A DNA stretch of 64,000 nucleotides from Candidatus Gottesmanbacteria bacterium RIFCSPHIGHO2_02_FULL_39_11 (lineage in GTDB: Bacteria; Patescibacteriota; Microgenomatia; 2-02-FULL-39-11), in NCBI GenBank assembly GCA_001779195.1, contig MFJL01000026.1, positions 3,226 to 67,225 on the forward strand, in the 5' to 3' direction. The position numbers were made by a program, and so were the translations under genes. The notes under the pieces are model-generated. The model saw only the letters and a list, made by a program, of their open reading frames with translations, had not been told where the DNA came from and did not search any database. The stretch's first letter is position 1; each line of letters starts with the position of its first letter. Shown piece after piece: positions 8,640 to 17,466 of the stretch.

Positions 8640-10826
8640 TCAAATTGAAATTAAATCTTTTTCTGCTCGTTTTAATAATACTGCATTTGTCGCCACAATA
8701 ATTGATGAGATACTCATAAGAAGTGCTGATATTTCAGGCCGTAATGAAATACCAAACCCAGGATATAAAATACCTGCTGCAACCGGAATTGCCAGAAGGT
8801 TATAAATCGATGCCCAAAACAGATTTTGTTTCATTTTGCGCACGGTTGCTTTGGATAATTTGATTGCTCGTAGAATATCAGCAGGATCTGATTTCATTAG
8901 GACAACTTTCGCGGTCTCAATAGCAACATCAGTACCAGCGCCAATTGCAATTCCTATATCTGCTTGTGAGAGAGCCGGAGCATCATTGACTCCATCGCCA
9001 ACCATAGCAGTAAACTTACCTTCTTTTTGTAACTTCTTAATATATGAGGCTTTGTCTTCCGGCAACACCTCAGAGAATATTCTGTCTATAGTTAATTGCT
9101 TCCCAATTGCTTCCGCAGTTTTTTTATTATCGCCTGTTATCATGGCTACTTCCAACCCCAACTCTTTCATAGCTAGGATTGCTTCTTTGGCTGTTGGTTT
9201 AATCTTATCGGCTGCTGCCGCCACGCCTGCAACTTTGCCGTCAATTGCCAAAATCATTATGGTTTTGCCCTCAGATAATAATCGGTCAATATCTTTCTGG
9301 AGTGGAGTAATATCAACTTTCCGATCATTCATGAGCTTTATGGTTCCCACAAGAACGTGCCTGCCGGAAACATACGCTTCAACGCCATGACCAGCTAAGT
9401 TTTTGAATCCCGCAACTTCACCTAGAACAAGTTTTTCTTTCTCGGCTTTTTCCAAAATAGCGTGACTTAGAGGATGACTCGATCGCTTCTCAACAGAGGC
9501 AATAAACCATAGAACCTTTTTCTCATCGTGCGATACTGATAGTATATCAATCACGGTGGGTTTGCCTTCTGTCAATGTACCCGTCTTATCAAGAACCACT
9601 GCTTGGATTTTTGATACCTGCTCAAGCGTGGGGGCATCTTTGATGAGGATATTATGTTTGGCTCCAAGACCAGTGCCTACTGCTACGGCAGTTGGAGTTG
9701 CTAGTCCAAGTGCATCCGGACAAGCAATCACGACAGTTGAAATAGCAAAGGACAGCGCAACAAGAAGTGGTTGACCCAGAATAAAAAACCAAATACCGAA
9801 TGTCAAAAGCCCACCGCCTACGGCGATTATAACAAGATATTTGGCAAACTTATCTGCTAATTTTTGCCCGGGTGCTTTTGAGTTCTGGGCAGTTTCCACC
9901 ATTTTAACAATTTGGGCAAGAGCAGTATCTTCGCCAACTTTCGTGGCTTTGAATTTGACAGAGCCGGAAGTATTGATTGAACCACCAATAACCGAATCGC
10001 CTATATTTTTAGCCACCGGAATTGACTCACCAGTAACCAGAGATTCATCAATCGCCGTCTCTCCTTCGATAATCTCGCCATCGACTGGCACTTTGTCCCC
10101 TGGTTTAAGCATAAGAATATCGCGAGACTTAACTTGTGATGTAGGTACCATTTCTTCTTTTCCATCTTTCCAAAGCCTTGCTTGGGGAGGAACGAGGTTA
10201 AATAATGCTTGGAGTGCATCGGTAGTACCCCGCCGACTTTTCATCTCCATCCAATGGCCAAAAAGCACAAAGGTAATAAGCATTACAGAGGCTTCGTAAT
10301 ACGAATCATTACTGCCTAAAATAGTTAGGACAACACTAAATCCATAGGCCGCTGTGATCCCTACCGCAATCAAAACTGCCATATTGAGAGTCTTGGCTTG
10401 AAGTGCTTTATAAGTTGAATAAAGGAAGATCCATCCGGCGTAGAAAAATACGGGTGTGGTTAACAGAAACAGAAGCCACGGTACTGGAATTGGACTTGGT
10501 AAAGTTACTCCGATAATTTTCTCCCCAAGGGGGGAATACAGGATAATGGGGATGGAAAAAAGCAGAGCGAAAAAGAATTTATTTCGGATATCTTCTTCCA
10601 TCAACTTTGCCATTTCACGACCTGCCAATCCTCCGTGCTCCATCCCCATACTCATCGTCATACTCATCTTTAATTTTTCCCATGATGACATCCCAGAAGT
10701 AGGCTTCATGACATGTCCAGCTTCTAATTTCTCACTTCTGGCTTCCAGTTCCATCCCGCATTTAGGACATGAACCAGGAATATCTGAAGAAATTTCAGGA
10801 TGCATCGGACACGTATATTTTTGCAT
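8640..10826 (-). CDS. heavy-metal (Cu) P1B-type ATPase with N-terminal CPMHPE...CPKCGM metal-binding domain and Met-rich segment; non-canonical CPD TM motif
   Basis: YTCPMHPEISSDIPGSCPKCGM (HMBD-type), MSMTMSMGMEHGG Met-rich stretch, TM motif IACPDALGLATP (CPD rather than CPC/CPH), LDKTGTLT, GDGVNDAPAL. Confidence 0.85.
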   Translation of the reverse strand: MQKYTCPMHPEISSDIPGSCPKCGMELEARSEKLEAGHVMKPTSGMSSWEKLKMSMTMSMGMEHGGLAGREMAKLMEEDIRNKFFFALLFSIPIILYSPLGEKIIGVTLPSPIPVPWLLFLLTTPVFFYAGWIFLYSTYKALQAKTLNMAVLIAVGITAAYGFSVVLTILGSNDSYYEASVMLITFVLFGHWMEMKSRRGTTDALQALFNLVPPQARLWKDGKEEMVPTSQVKSRDILMLKPGDKVPVDGEIIEGETAIDESLVTGESIPVAKNIGDSVIGGSINTSGSVKFKATKVGEDTALAQIVKMVETAQNSKAPGQKLADKFAKYLVIIAVGGGLLTFGIWFFILGQPLLVALSFAISTVVIACPDALGLATPTAVAVGTGLGAKHNILIKDAPTLEQVSKIQAVVLDKTGTLTEGKPTVIDILSVSHDEKKVLWFIASVEKRSSHPLSHAILEKAEKEKLVLGEVAGFKNLAGHGVEAYVSGRHVLVGTIKLMNDRKVDITPLQKDIDRLLSEGKTIMILAIDGKVAGVAAAADKIKPTAKEAILAMKELGLEVAMITGDNKKTAEAIGKQLTIDRIFSEVLPEDKASYIKKLQKEGKFTAMVGDGVNDAPALSQADIGIAIGAGTDVAIETAKVVLMKSDPADILRAIKLSKATVRKMKQNLFWASIYNLLAIPVAAGILYPGFGISLRPEISALLMSISSIIVATNAVLLKRAEKDLISI

Positions 10827-10872
10827 AGCAATTCTATTCTACCTTTTGGTTTCTGCGCTCATCATGGATAGA

Positions 10873-11487
10873 CTATGTGAAACTATGTTTATATGATTCT
10901 GCAATAACTTGAACAGACGATTGGATGATAAGAAATGATATACCCAGTCCGACAAAAATATCCGGCCAGGCGGAATTAAAATAGGAAACTAATAATCCTG
11001 CACCAATAACTGCCACATTTGCCGTCACATCGTTTCTGGAACATATCCATGCTGACTTAACATTAATATCTTCTTTCCGATGCTTCATCAACAAAAGAAA
11101 ACTCACCAGGTTAGCAATCAACGCAACCACTCCTAAAAGGGTAATTGTTTCTGCTTGAGGTAGTGTCGGCACAATAATTCTAAGGATACTTTTATAGACA
11201 ACAAAAAATCCCAACAATAGCATAATTAACCCTTTGATAAGGGACGCCTTTGCCCGTAGGTTTGATGATTTATTCATTACGAGCAAACTTACTCCATAAA
11301 CCGAGGCATCTCCCAACATATCCAGCGAGTCACCCAGAAGCGCGTTTGAGGATGCGAGAATTCCGCCAATAAATTCGGCTATGAACATCACGAAATTAAT
11401 AGCCAAAACAATGATAAAAATTTGCTTCAGCTCTTTCTTTTTGGCTAGATCGAGTTCTTTGTTATCAAACTCACAACAGTCAGACAT
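10873..11487 (-). CDS. cation diffusion facilitator (CDF)-like transporter, transmembrane domain only
   Basis: The N-terminus matches CDF TM1-2 signature (FIAEFIGGILASSNALLGDSLDMLGDA). It is only 204 aa and lacks the ~90-aa cytoplasmic C-terminal domain of CzcD-type CDFs. Confidence 0.5.
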   Translation of the reverse strand: MSDCCEFDNKELDLAKKKELKQIFIIVLAINFVMFIAEFIGGILASSNALLGDSLDMLGDASVYGVSLLVMNKSSNLRAKASLIKGLIMLLLGFFVVYKSILRIIVPTLPQAETITLLGVVALIANLVSFLLLMKHRKEDINVKSAWICSRNDVTANVAVIGAGLLVSYFNSAWPDIFVGLGISFLIIQSSVQVIAESYKHSFT

Positions 11488-11606
11488 ATAAATTCCTCAG
11501 GACACATAGGGCATATATATATAATTCCACAGTAATTTTATTATACCTTAGAGGATTTAAGGATTTTGCTGATTCTTGGGTAGAGAATAGGACACTTTCC
11601 ATATTT

Positions 11607-12287
11607 TTACAATTTTTTACTGGTTATACGTTTATTAAATACTTCTGCTGAAATCATTTTTACTGATGGGAAAAAGCCGGGTGTTTCTTTTTGATAGCGA
11701 ATGTATGCATCGCCAAACATTTTAATCATCTCCCTCTCTTCAACTCGCGCAAGCCGGATATATCGGAAAATAAGGATCGGGGCCATGAACAAGGTAATAA
11801 GAGTTGGCCATTGAATGAGAAAGCCAAAAATAATCAAAATAAATGCAAGATATTGCGGATGACGAATATAGTTATAGACACCCCCAATCGCGAGCCGTTG
11901 TTGTTTTTGGGCTTTATATAATACTTCCCATGCTTTACCCAGAAGGACAAGTCCGCCGATAATTAAAGCGTAGCTTGTAATATGCAGAATATTAAAATGT
12001 GGATCCCCGCCAAGACCTAACAAAGTATTAAGGATGTGGCCGTTATTATGAGTAAAATCCAAACCTATTTTGTTGCCAAAAAATGAAGTCAACAAGTAGA
12101 TAGTCAGAGGAAATCCGTACATCTCGGCAAACAGGGCAACGATGAATGCCCCAAGAATCTTGTACGTCCTCCAGTCTGTATTTGTCCTCGGCTTGAAAGC
12201 GCTCTTAATGAAATAGAGAAAAAGAATGATATTGAATATTACGAGAAACCAGTTTCCGTAGTCGTACATATAAGGAAAGTGTAACAA
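11607..12287 (-). CDS. isoprenylcysteine carboxyl methyltransferase / phospholipid methyltransferase family membrane protein
   Basis: Polytopic membrane protein with C-terminal NYIRHPQYLAFILIIFGF motif (RHPxY...E of ICMT/PEMT family). Confidence 0.55.
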   Translation of the reverse strand: MLHFPYMYDYGNWFLVIFNIILFLYFIKSAFKPRTNTDWRTYKILGAFIVALFAEMYGFPLTIYLLTSFFGNKIGLDFTHNNGHILNTLLGLGGDPHFNILHITSYALIIGGLVLLGKAWEVLYKAQKQQRLAIGGVYNYIRHPQYLAFILIIFGFLIQWPTLITLFMAPILIFRYIRLARVEEREMIKMFGDAYIRYQKETPGFFPSVKMISAEVFNKRITSKKL

Positions 12288-12353
12288 AGAATAGATTAAG
12301 AAATCGTGAGATTATTATCCAGTATTAATCAGGGTTGAACTTTTTGCTTCCAA

Positions 12354-12372
12354 TTACTACAATTAGTAGTAA
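12354..12372. promoter_or_regulatory. palindrome ttactac-aatta-gtagtaa immediately upstream of blaI/copY-like start
   Basis: Perfect 7-bp arms; ends 6 nt before the ATG at 12378. It shares the ACTAC/GTAGT core with the 13763-13781 palindrome. Confidence 0.5.
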
Positions 12373-12377
12373 CCTAT

Positions 12378-12758
12378 ATGTTTCAAAAAACACTAAGCCC
12401 TCTGGAACAAGAGATTATGACTATTGTTTGGGAACTGAAGAAGTGCTCTGTTCGGGATGTTATGGAGCAACTTAACCGGGAGAAAAAACTTGCGTATACA
12501 ACGGTTGCCACACTGCTTCAGCGCTTGTTTGAAAAGGGTCTTGTCCAGAGAGGCAGTCGAGGTACAGTACTTTCCTACATACCTAAAGTTTCCAAGGAAC
12601 TATACAGCAAAAGAACGGCTAAGTCGTTTATGCGAACGTTTGTGTCTTCTTTTGGGGAAACAGCTATCGCTTCGTTTGCCGAGTCTATTGACAAACTGCC
12701 AAAGGACAAAAAGGATTATTTGTTGCAGCTGTTGGAAAAACAAAATGAGGATAAATAA
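12378..12758 (+). CDS. BlaI/MecI/CopY-family winged-helix transcriptional repressor
   Basis: The N-terminus (LSPLEQEIMTIVWELKKCSVRDVMEQL...KLAYTTVATLLQRLFEKGLVQR) matches the penicillinase-repressor family. It has no C-terminal Cys cluster, so it is BlaI-like rather than classical CopY. Confidence 0.8.
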   Translation: MFQKTLSPLEQEIMTIVWELKKCSVRDVMEQLNREKKLAYTTVATLLQRLFEKGLVQRGSRGTVLSYIPKVSKELYSKRTAKSFMRTFVSSFGETAIASFAESIDKLPKDKKDYLLQLLEKQNEDK

Positions 12759-13731
12759 GCATTTGTTCATTTTTTCAAGTTTATTATTTCTTCTGACTGC
12801 GAGTTATTTTTTTGTTTTAGTGAAGTTTTTTCCACTACTGGTACACCATACCTTTTATTACTGTCAAGAAATGGCAAAGGTAATATCTTTGAGCCTTCCG
12901 GGGAACTGGGGAGTTGTTGTCTTTGGGATATTAATTATTTCGGTTCTTTACACCGCATTCAAATTATTTGCTACCATCGTTCAAGTTTATAAGTTTCGTC
13001 AGTTGTTGTCCCGATCCATTGTCAAGAATCATGAACTTTCAGATATTTTCAAATCTCTCAAGCTTGTAGATAAAGTGGTCGTATTACATGAAACTAAGCC
13101 ATTTGCATATTGTTTTGGAGTAAGAAACCCAAAAATCTTTATTACTATTGGTTTAATTGCAATGGTTAATAGAAAGGAACTTGAGGTTATTTTACGCCAC
13201 GAAAAGTATCATCTGGAACATCGGGATAACCTAATTTTACTGGTAGCAACATTTATTGAGTCTCTATTCCCTTTTTTCCCAATACTTACGGACCTTATCC
13301 GTATTTACAAGACAGATCGGGAATTACTAGCAGATCAGGCTGCTATCCATAGAGAAGCAGATAAACATTCCCTTTCGTCTATTTTGAAAAAACTCCTTCA
13401 ATATGAACCCGTAACACTACCTGCATTGGCTCCCGCAATTGCTGATGTTGATACACTTGAGACTCGTATAAAATCATTGCTTTCAATTAAAGTAGATTAT
13501 CCTAAGCTAGGAAAAAGAAATTCGCTTCTCAGTATAATTTCCATTGCCGCACTCATGGCGCTTATGAGAACTTCTGTACATGCAGTAGAACTTCATAGGG
13601 ACGGCTTGGATATAATGATAGTCTGTAATGGAAATGTCAGCTGCGAATCTGTCTGTAAAGACCGCAACTTGATCAAATCGCAAAGTATCAGCTCTTCGTA
13701 CACTTCTAAAAACTTCTCCGCAAACAACTGA
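12745..13731 (+). CDS. M56-family (BlaR1-like) membrane metalloprotease / antirepressor without a penicillin-binding sensor domain; His/Cys-rich extracytoplasmic tail
   Basis: HEXXH motif (RHEKYHLEHRD) between TM helices. An in-frame ATG at 12745 overlaps the repressor stop by 14 nt. After the last TM the C-terminus reads HAVELHRDGLDIMIVCNGNVSCESVC. Confidence 0.7.
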   Translation: MRINKHLFIFSSLLFLLTASYFFVLVKFFPLLVHHTFYYCQEMAKVISLSLPGNWGVVVFGILIISVLYTAFKLFATIVQVYKFRQLLSRSIVKNHELSDIFKSLKLVDKVVVLHETKPFAYCFGVRNPKIFITIGLIAMVNRKELEVILRHEKYHLEHRDNLILLVATFIESLFPFFPILTDLIRIYKTDRELLADQAAIHREADKHSLSSILKKLLQYEPVTLPALAPAIADVDTLETRIKSLLSIKVDYPKLGKRNSLLSIISIAALMALMRTSVHAVELHRDGLDIMIVCNGNVSCESVCKDRNLIKSQSISSSYTSKNFSANN

Positions 13732-13762
13732 TATTTTATCTGTTGACAAATGGTTAATATAC

Positions 13763-13781
13763 CTACTACACTTTGTAGTAG
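13763..13781. promoter_or_regulatory. palindrome ctactaca-ctt-tgtagtag (TACA-N3-TGTA) upstream of the dsbA-MCO operon, preceded by TTGACA at 13743-13748
   Basis: Perfect 8-bp arms seen in sequence. It resembles BlaI/CopY operator half-sites (TACA/TGTA). Confidence 0.55.
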
Positions 13782-13801
13782 ATTCTAACTATTTTTATTT
13801 T

Positions 13802-14566
13802 ATGCCGGAAAACTTATCCACTCTGAAAATAAACACAGTGTTTGCGGGATTTTTAATCGTTGCTTCATTTATCATTGGTTCTTTATGGACAAAAGTGCAG
13901 TATCTCGAGAAGGGAGCTTCACAACCTGCGCTGGCTGCCGATAACCCAAGTGCCGATGTGCCTGCTCCAATTGTCGCTCCAGGGGATAATGGTGAGCCGG
14001 TAAAAGTATCAATTGATGACGATCCTGTATTGGGAGATAAGAACGCAAAAGTGACATTGATAGATTTTTCAGATTACGAATGTCCTTTTTGTAAACGACA
14101 TTTCGATGAAGTCTATCCACAACTGAAGAAAGACTATATTGATACGGGAAAAGTCAAAATGGTTTTTCGCGACCTTCCTTTGAGCTTTCATCAAAATGCT
14201 CCCAAAGAGGCTGAGGCCGCTGAGTGTGCAAGAAAACAAGGCGGTGACCAGATGTACTACAAGTACCACGACCAAATCTTTACCAAAACCACTTCCAACG
14301 GAACAGGCTTAGCTCTTGACCAGCTACCAGTTATAGCCAAAGACTTAGGGCTGAATATAGGTCAGTTTCAACAGTGTCTTGATTCCGGCGAATTTAAAGC
14401 GGAAGTCGATAAAGACTTAGCCGATGCAGCTAAAGTCGGGGCTAGTGGTACACCTACGTTTTTTATCGGTAAATCAACAAGCAATGGCGAGATAGACGGC
14501 ATCAAGGTGGTTGGAGCACAACCGTACAGCGCTTTTAAGACAATTATTGATGAAAAATTGAAATAA
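13802..14566 (+). CDS. DsbA-like thioredoxin-fold thiol:disulfide oxidoreductase (membrane-anchored)
   Basis: N-terminal TM segment; CPFC active site in YECPFCKRHF context; DsbA-family length. Confidence 0.7.
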   Translation: MPENLSTLKINTVFAGFLIVASFIIGSLWTKVQYLEKGASQPALAADNPSADVPAPIVAPGDNGEPVKVSIDDDPVLGDKNAKVTLIDFSDYECPFCKRHFDEVYPQLKKDYIDTGKVKMVFRDLPLSFHQNAPKEAEAAECARKQGGDQMYYKYHDQIFTKTTSNGTGLALDQLPVIAKDLGLNIGQFQQCLDSGEFKAEVDKDLADAAKVGASGTPTFFIGKSTSNGEIDGIKVVGAQPYSAFKTIIDEKLK

Positions 14567-14573
14567 TATATGT

Positions 14574-15089
14574 ATGGACAAATCAATCTTTTCCAGTCGA
14601 CTGCTTTTGCCTACAGTAATAATTTCTAGCCTCTATCTTTTAATAACAATACTTCTTATGAATCGCAGTTTAACTGTTGATACACTTTTTGGAACATACT
14701 CTCTTGACTACAAAGGTCAAATAATTATTTCACTTATAAGCGGTATGTGGACTTCGATGACTGACATGGGTTTGTTTCTTCTTGTGATAGCTTCGGTGCT
14801 TACCGGTCTTAACATTTCCCTTTTAGTAGATCGCTTGAACAAGTTAAAAAAGTTAGCGAAGCTTCATTTAGTGGTTGGAGGAAGTTCAATTCTGGGAATA
14901 GTAGGAAGCGGTTGTGCGGCCTGTGGATTGCCAATTCTAGCCCTTCTGGGATTAAGCGGAAGTGCTGCATATTTGCCTCTGAGGGGCATGGAACTGTCGT
15001 ACTTTTCTGTCTTAATATTATTATTTTCTTTTTATTTTTTGGTTAAAACTGATACCCGTCAATCTTGTACTATTAATGTAAATAAATAA
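14574..15089 (+). CDS. small polytopic membrane protein with CAAC motif (possible DsbB/VKOR-like or metal-handling partner)
   Basis: ~4 TM helices; GSGCAACGLP motif; immediately downstream of the DsbA-like gene. No confident family match. Confidence 0.3.
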   Translation: MDKSIFSSRLLLPTVIISSLYLLITILLMNRSLTVDTLFGTYSLDYKGQIIISLISGMWTSMTDMGLFLLVIASVLTGLNISLLVDRLNKLKKLAKLHLVVGGSSILGIVGSGCAACGLPILALLGLSGSAAYLPLRGMELSYFSVLILLFSFYFLVKTDTRQSCTINVNK

Positions 15090-15097
15090 ACGTCTAT

Positions 15098-16165
15098 ATG
15101 GATACAGAATTTTTACTCAAAAATAAATATGTTTTAGTTGTTCTGACAGTAGTCTTTTTGGCTGTTGTCTTTTTCCAAATAAATAAATCAAAAAGTGGCG
15201 TAACACTCAAAAACACTCCGGCGCAGTTATCGATATCAGGGGAGAATGAAACCGCACTTAAGGCTATGGAAGCGATTCCACAAGATAATGTCCCTATGGC
15301 AACAGAAAAACAAGGCCTTCAGGAATTGCCATTTAAAGTGGAAAACGGTGAGAAAGTTTTTAATCTGACTACCCAACCGGTGAAGTGGAATATTTTAAAA
15401 GATGTTACGGTGACGGCTTGGGCATACAATGGAATGATTCCCGGACCGCTCATCCGTGTAACTGAGGGGGACAAAGTGAAAATTTTAGTCAAAAATAATT
15501 TGTCTGAGCCTACCACTATCCATTGGCACGGGATTCAAGTTCCTAATAATATGGATGGTATCCCCGATGAGACGCAAAAACCCATTGCTCCGACAGAAAC
15601 ATTTACCTATGAATTCATAGCAAAGCCGGCTGGTACTTATTGGTACCATTCCCACTATGATAGCGATAAGCAAATCTCGGTGGGGCTCTCCGGTGCCTTT
15701 ATTATAGAACCGAAAGGTGGACTAGCCTCAAAGCCGGATATCGACAAAATTCTTATGCTTAATGAATGGCGTGTCATTGATGATCAAACCTATGCTGCTA
15801 TGCCGGCAACGGGAATGGATGGCAACTTCTTTACCATTAACGGTAAAGCATTCCCTGAGACTGAAACGCTGAATGTTAAGATTGGCCAGAAGGTGAGATT
15901 GCGCTTTATAGGAAGCGGCCAGATGATCCACCCGATGCATTTGCATGGATTCCCCTTTAAAATAGTGGCAACTGACGGCAACGATGTGCTGGAATCTGCC
16001 CAATGGATAAAGGATACCGTCTCGGTGGCTCCCGGTGAGCGGTATGATGTCGAATTTACACCTGATCGGCCAGGCAAATGGATGCTGCATTGTCATATAC
16101 CCCATCACACGACTAACGAACATGTTGAGCCCGGTGGGCTTATGATGATTGTTAATGTTACTTAA
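15098..16165 (+). CDS. two-domain multicopper oxidase
   Basis: All four MCO His motifs are present (HWHG, HSHY, HPMHLHG, HCHIPHH). At 355 aa it is a small two-cupredoxin-domain MCO, and it has an N-terminal TM/signal segment. Confidence 0.8.
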   Translation: MDTEFLLKNKYVLVVLTVVFLAVVFFQINKSKSGVTLKNTPAQLSISGENETALKAMEAIPQDNVPMATEKQGLQELPFKVENGEKVFNLTTQPVKWNILKDVTVTAWAYNGMIPGPLIRVTEGDKVKILVKNNLSEPTTIHWHGIQVPNNMDGIPDETQKPIAPTETFTYEFIAKPAGTYWYHSHYDSDKQISVGLSGAFIIEPKGGLASKPDIDKILMLNEWRVIDDQTYAAMPATGMDGNFFTINGKAFPETETLNVKIGQKVRLRFIGSGQMIHPMHLHGFPFKIVATDGNDVLESAQWIKDTVSVAPGERYDVEFTPDRPGKWMLHCHIPHHTTNEHVEPGGLMMIVNVT

Positions 16166-16185
16166 TTTATTTATAAAGAGGACTT

Positions 16186-16596
16186 ATGAACAATAAAAAT
16201 CTACTCGTTGTGTTAGCAATTGCAGTTGGTGTTCTAGTAATACTCGGATTCAAATTGATGAATACTTCCGGTTCAAGTTCACCATCAAATAATGGAAGAA
16301 ACGCACAGGTGAGTTTAACCACTGATCCAGACCCGCTTAAAATGGGACAGGCAACCTTTATTATTGACGTTAAAGATCAGACCGGCAAGCCAGTCGATAA
16401 TGCGACGGTATTTTTCGATCTCAATATGACCGCTATGAACATGGGAACCCAACAGGGAAACGCCACTTCCCAGGGTAATGGTAGGTACGCAGCCTCCGGA
16501 AGGATGAGCATGCGCGGTCCCTGGAAAGTGACAACAAAAGTCACTATGCCGGACAGTAGTGTTGTGAATAAAGATTTTACAGTCAATGTTCCTTAA
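16186..16596 (+). CDS. YtkA-like / periplasmic copper-binding Ig-like domain protein
   Basis: N-terminal TM/signal, then a Met-rich beta domain (FFDLNMTAMNMGT...GRMSMRGPWKVTTKVTMPD) resembling the YtkA/FixH-like domain found in copper operons. Confidence 0.4.
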   Translation: MNNKNLLVVLAIAVGVLVILGFKLMNTSGSSSPSNNGRNAQVSLTTDPDPLKMGQATFIIDVKDQTGKPVDNATVFFDLNMTAMNMGTQQGNATSQGNGRYAASGRMSMRGPWKVTTKVTMPDSSVVNKDFTVNVP

Positions 16597-16632
16597 ATTG
16601 TGGTTCGGGATATTGATCCGGTTATCCATCTC

Positions 16633-16905
16633 TTACTTATTCTTAAGAAGATGGTTATATATAAAAGCAAAGATATATCCGGTAATCCATGCAGATACTG
16701 TAAATGTAACCAGACCCCACAACATCGTACCTATCTCAGGCGGAGATCCCCTCCATATCTGAGATAGATCTGCCCCATGTGCCCACGAAATAGCAATACT
16801 TTTGTATAAGTCAGGAGCAATATAGATAAGTGAAGCACAGACTATATAGTAAGCTCCGGCCATTATTGCTAAACTATGTGCAGCAACTTTTTCATTTAAC
16901 TTCAT
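16633..16905 (-). CDS. small hydrophobic membrane protein, function unknown
   Basis: 90 aa with 2-3 predicted TM helices. Confidence 0.3.
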   Translation of the reverse strand: MKLNEKVAAHSLAIMAGAYYIVCASLIYIAPDLYKSIAISWAHGADLSQIWRGSPPEIGTMLWGLVTFTVSAWITGYIFAFIYNHLLKNK

Positions 16906-16993
16906 AAATAATCACCCCCTCTTTATATATCATACGTAATTTCATGTCTTTAGTTATTTATACATTATTTATTATGGCAACAATATGCCTCCT

Positions 16994-17173
16994 CTATTCT
17001 GACAACATTTTCCGTGACGGCGATAATACCAAAGATAGAAATATTTTATTCCTGCCTTCTTCCCTTAAAATCAAAAGATAACCTGAAGAAATCAGAAAAA
17101 AAAGAAGAGTTCCGCAGCAAAAAAGATGAAGTGCCAAAAATGGCAATATTCCGGTAATAACTTTTTTCATCAT
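16994..17173 (-). CDS. unannotated 59-aa membrane ORF with vicinal CC motif (HLFCCG)
   Basis: Hand-translated: MMKKVITGILPFLALHLFCCGTLLFF.... It starts 10 nt downstream of the 17183 stop and is below the 60-aa threshold of the ORF track. The CC-in-TM pattern recalls MerT/MerE-type metal handling. Confidence 0.3.
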   Translation of the reverse strand: MMKKVITGILPFLALHLFCCGTLLFFLISSGYLLILREEGRNKIFLSLVLSPSRKMLSE

Positions 17174-17182
17174 TAAACCCCG

Positions 17183-17401
17183 TTAATGTTTGTGACCGCC
17201 GTCCTTCATCATCCAAATGTGCATTAACGGACAAGCCAGAAGTACTGCTCCAAAGAATACCGTACTTACCGGGATTCGAAAAATAGTCACCGCTACAACC
17301 GCCAAAGCTATTAGTCCTAAACACATACCGAGCCACCTTAGAGATGAGTCTTGAGCCTTAACAGCAGAAAATGTACTCGAATGATCATTATGGTTTTCCA
17401 T
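17183..17401 (-). CDS. DUF2933-like small His-rich membrane protein
   Basis: 72 aa: an HNDHSS N-terminus, one TM helix, and C-terminal CPLMHIWMMKDGGHKH. It resembles the DUF2933 family seen in metal-resistance loci (from memory). Confidence 0.35.
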   Translation of the reverse strand: MENHNDHSSTFSAVKAQDSSLRWLGMCLGLIALAVVAVTIFRIPVSTVFFGAVLLACPLMHIWMMKDGGHKH

Positions 17402-17466
17402 ATTTTCACCTCCTTTTACTGCATTATAGAAATCAGATTATGAAGATTTCGTTAATTATGTGAAGT

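Noticed and set aside
8836-10299. Plus-strand ORFs 8836-9390, 9556-9774, 9841-10299 and minus 10001-10219
   Set aside because: They are antisense or out of frame within the second P-type ATPase gene; their low-complexity Ala/Ser-rich translations mirror the ATPase codons.
17046-17336. 96-aa minus-strand ORF overlapping the DUF2933-like gene in another frame
   Set aside because: It overlaps two better-supported small membrane ORFs (17183-17401 and the hand-found 16994-17173) and its translation is not protein-like.
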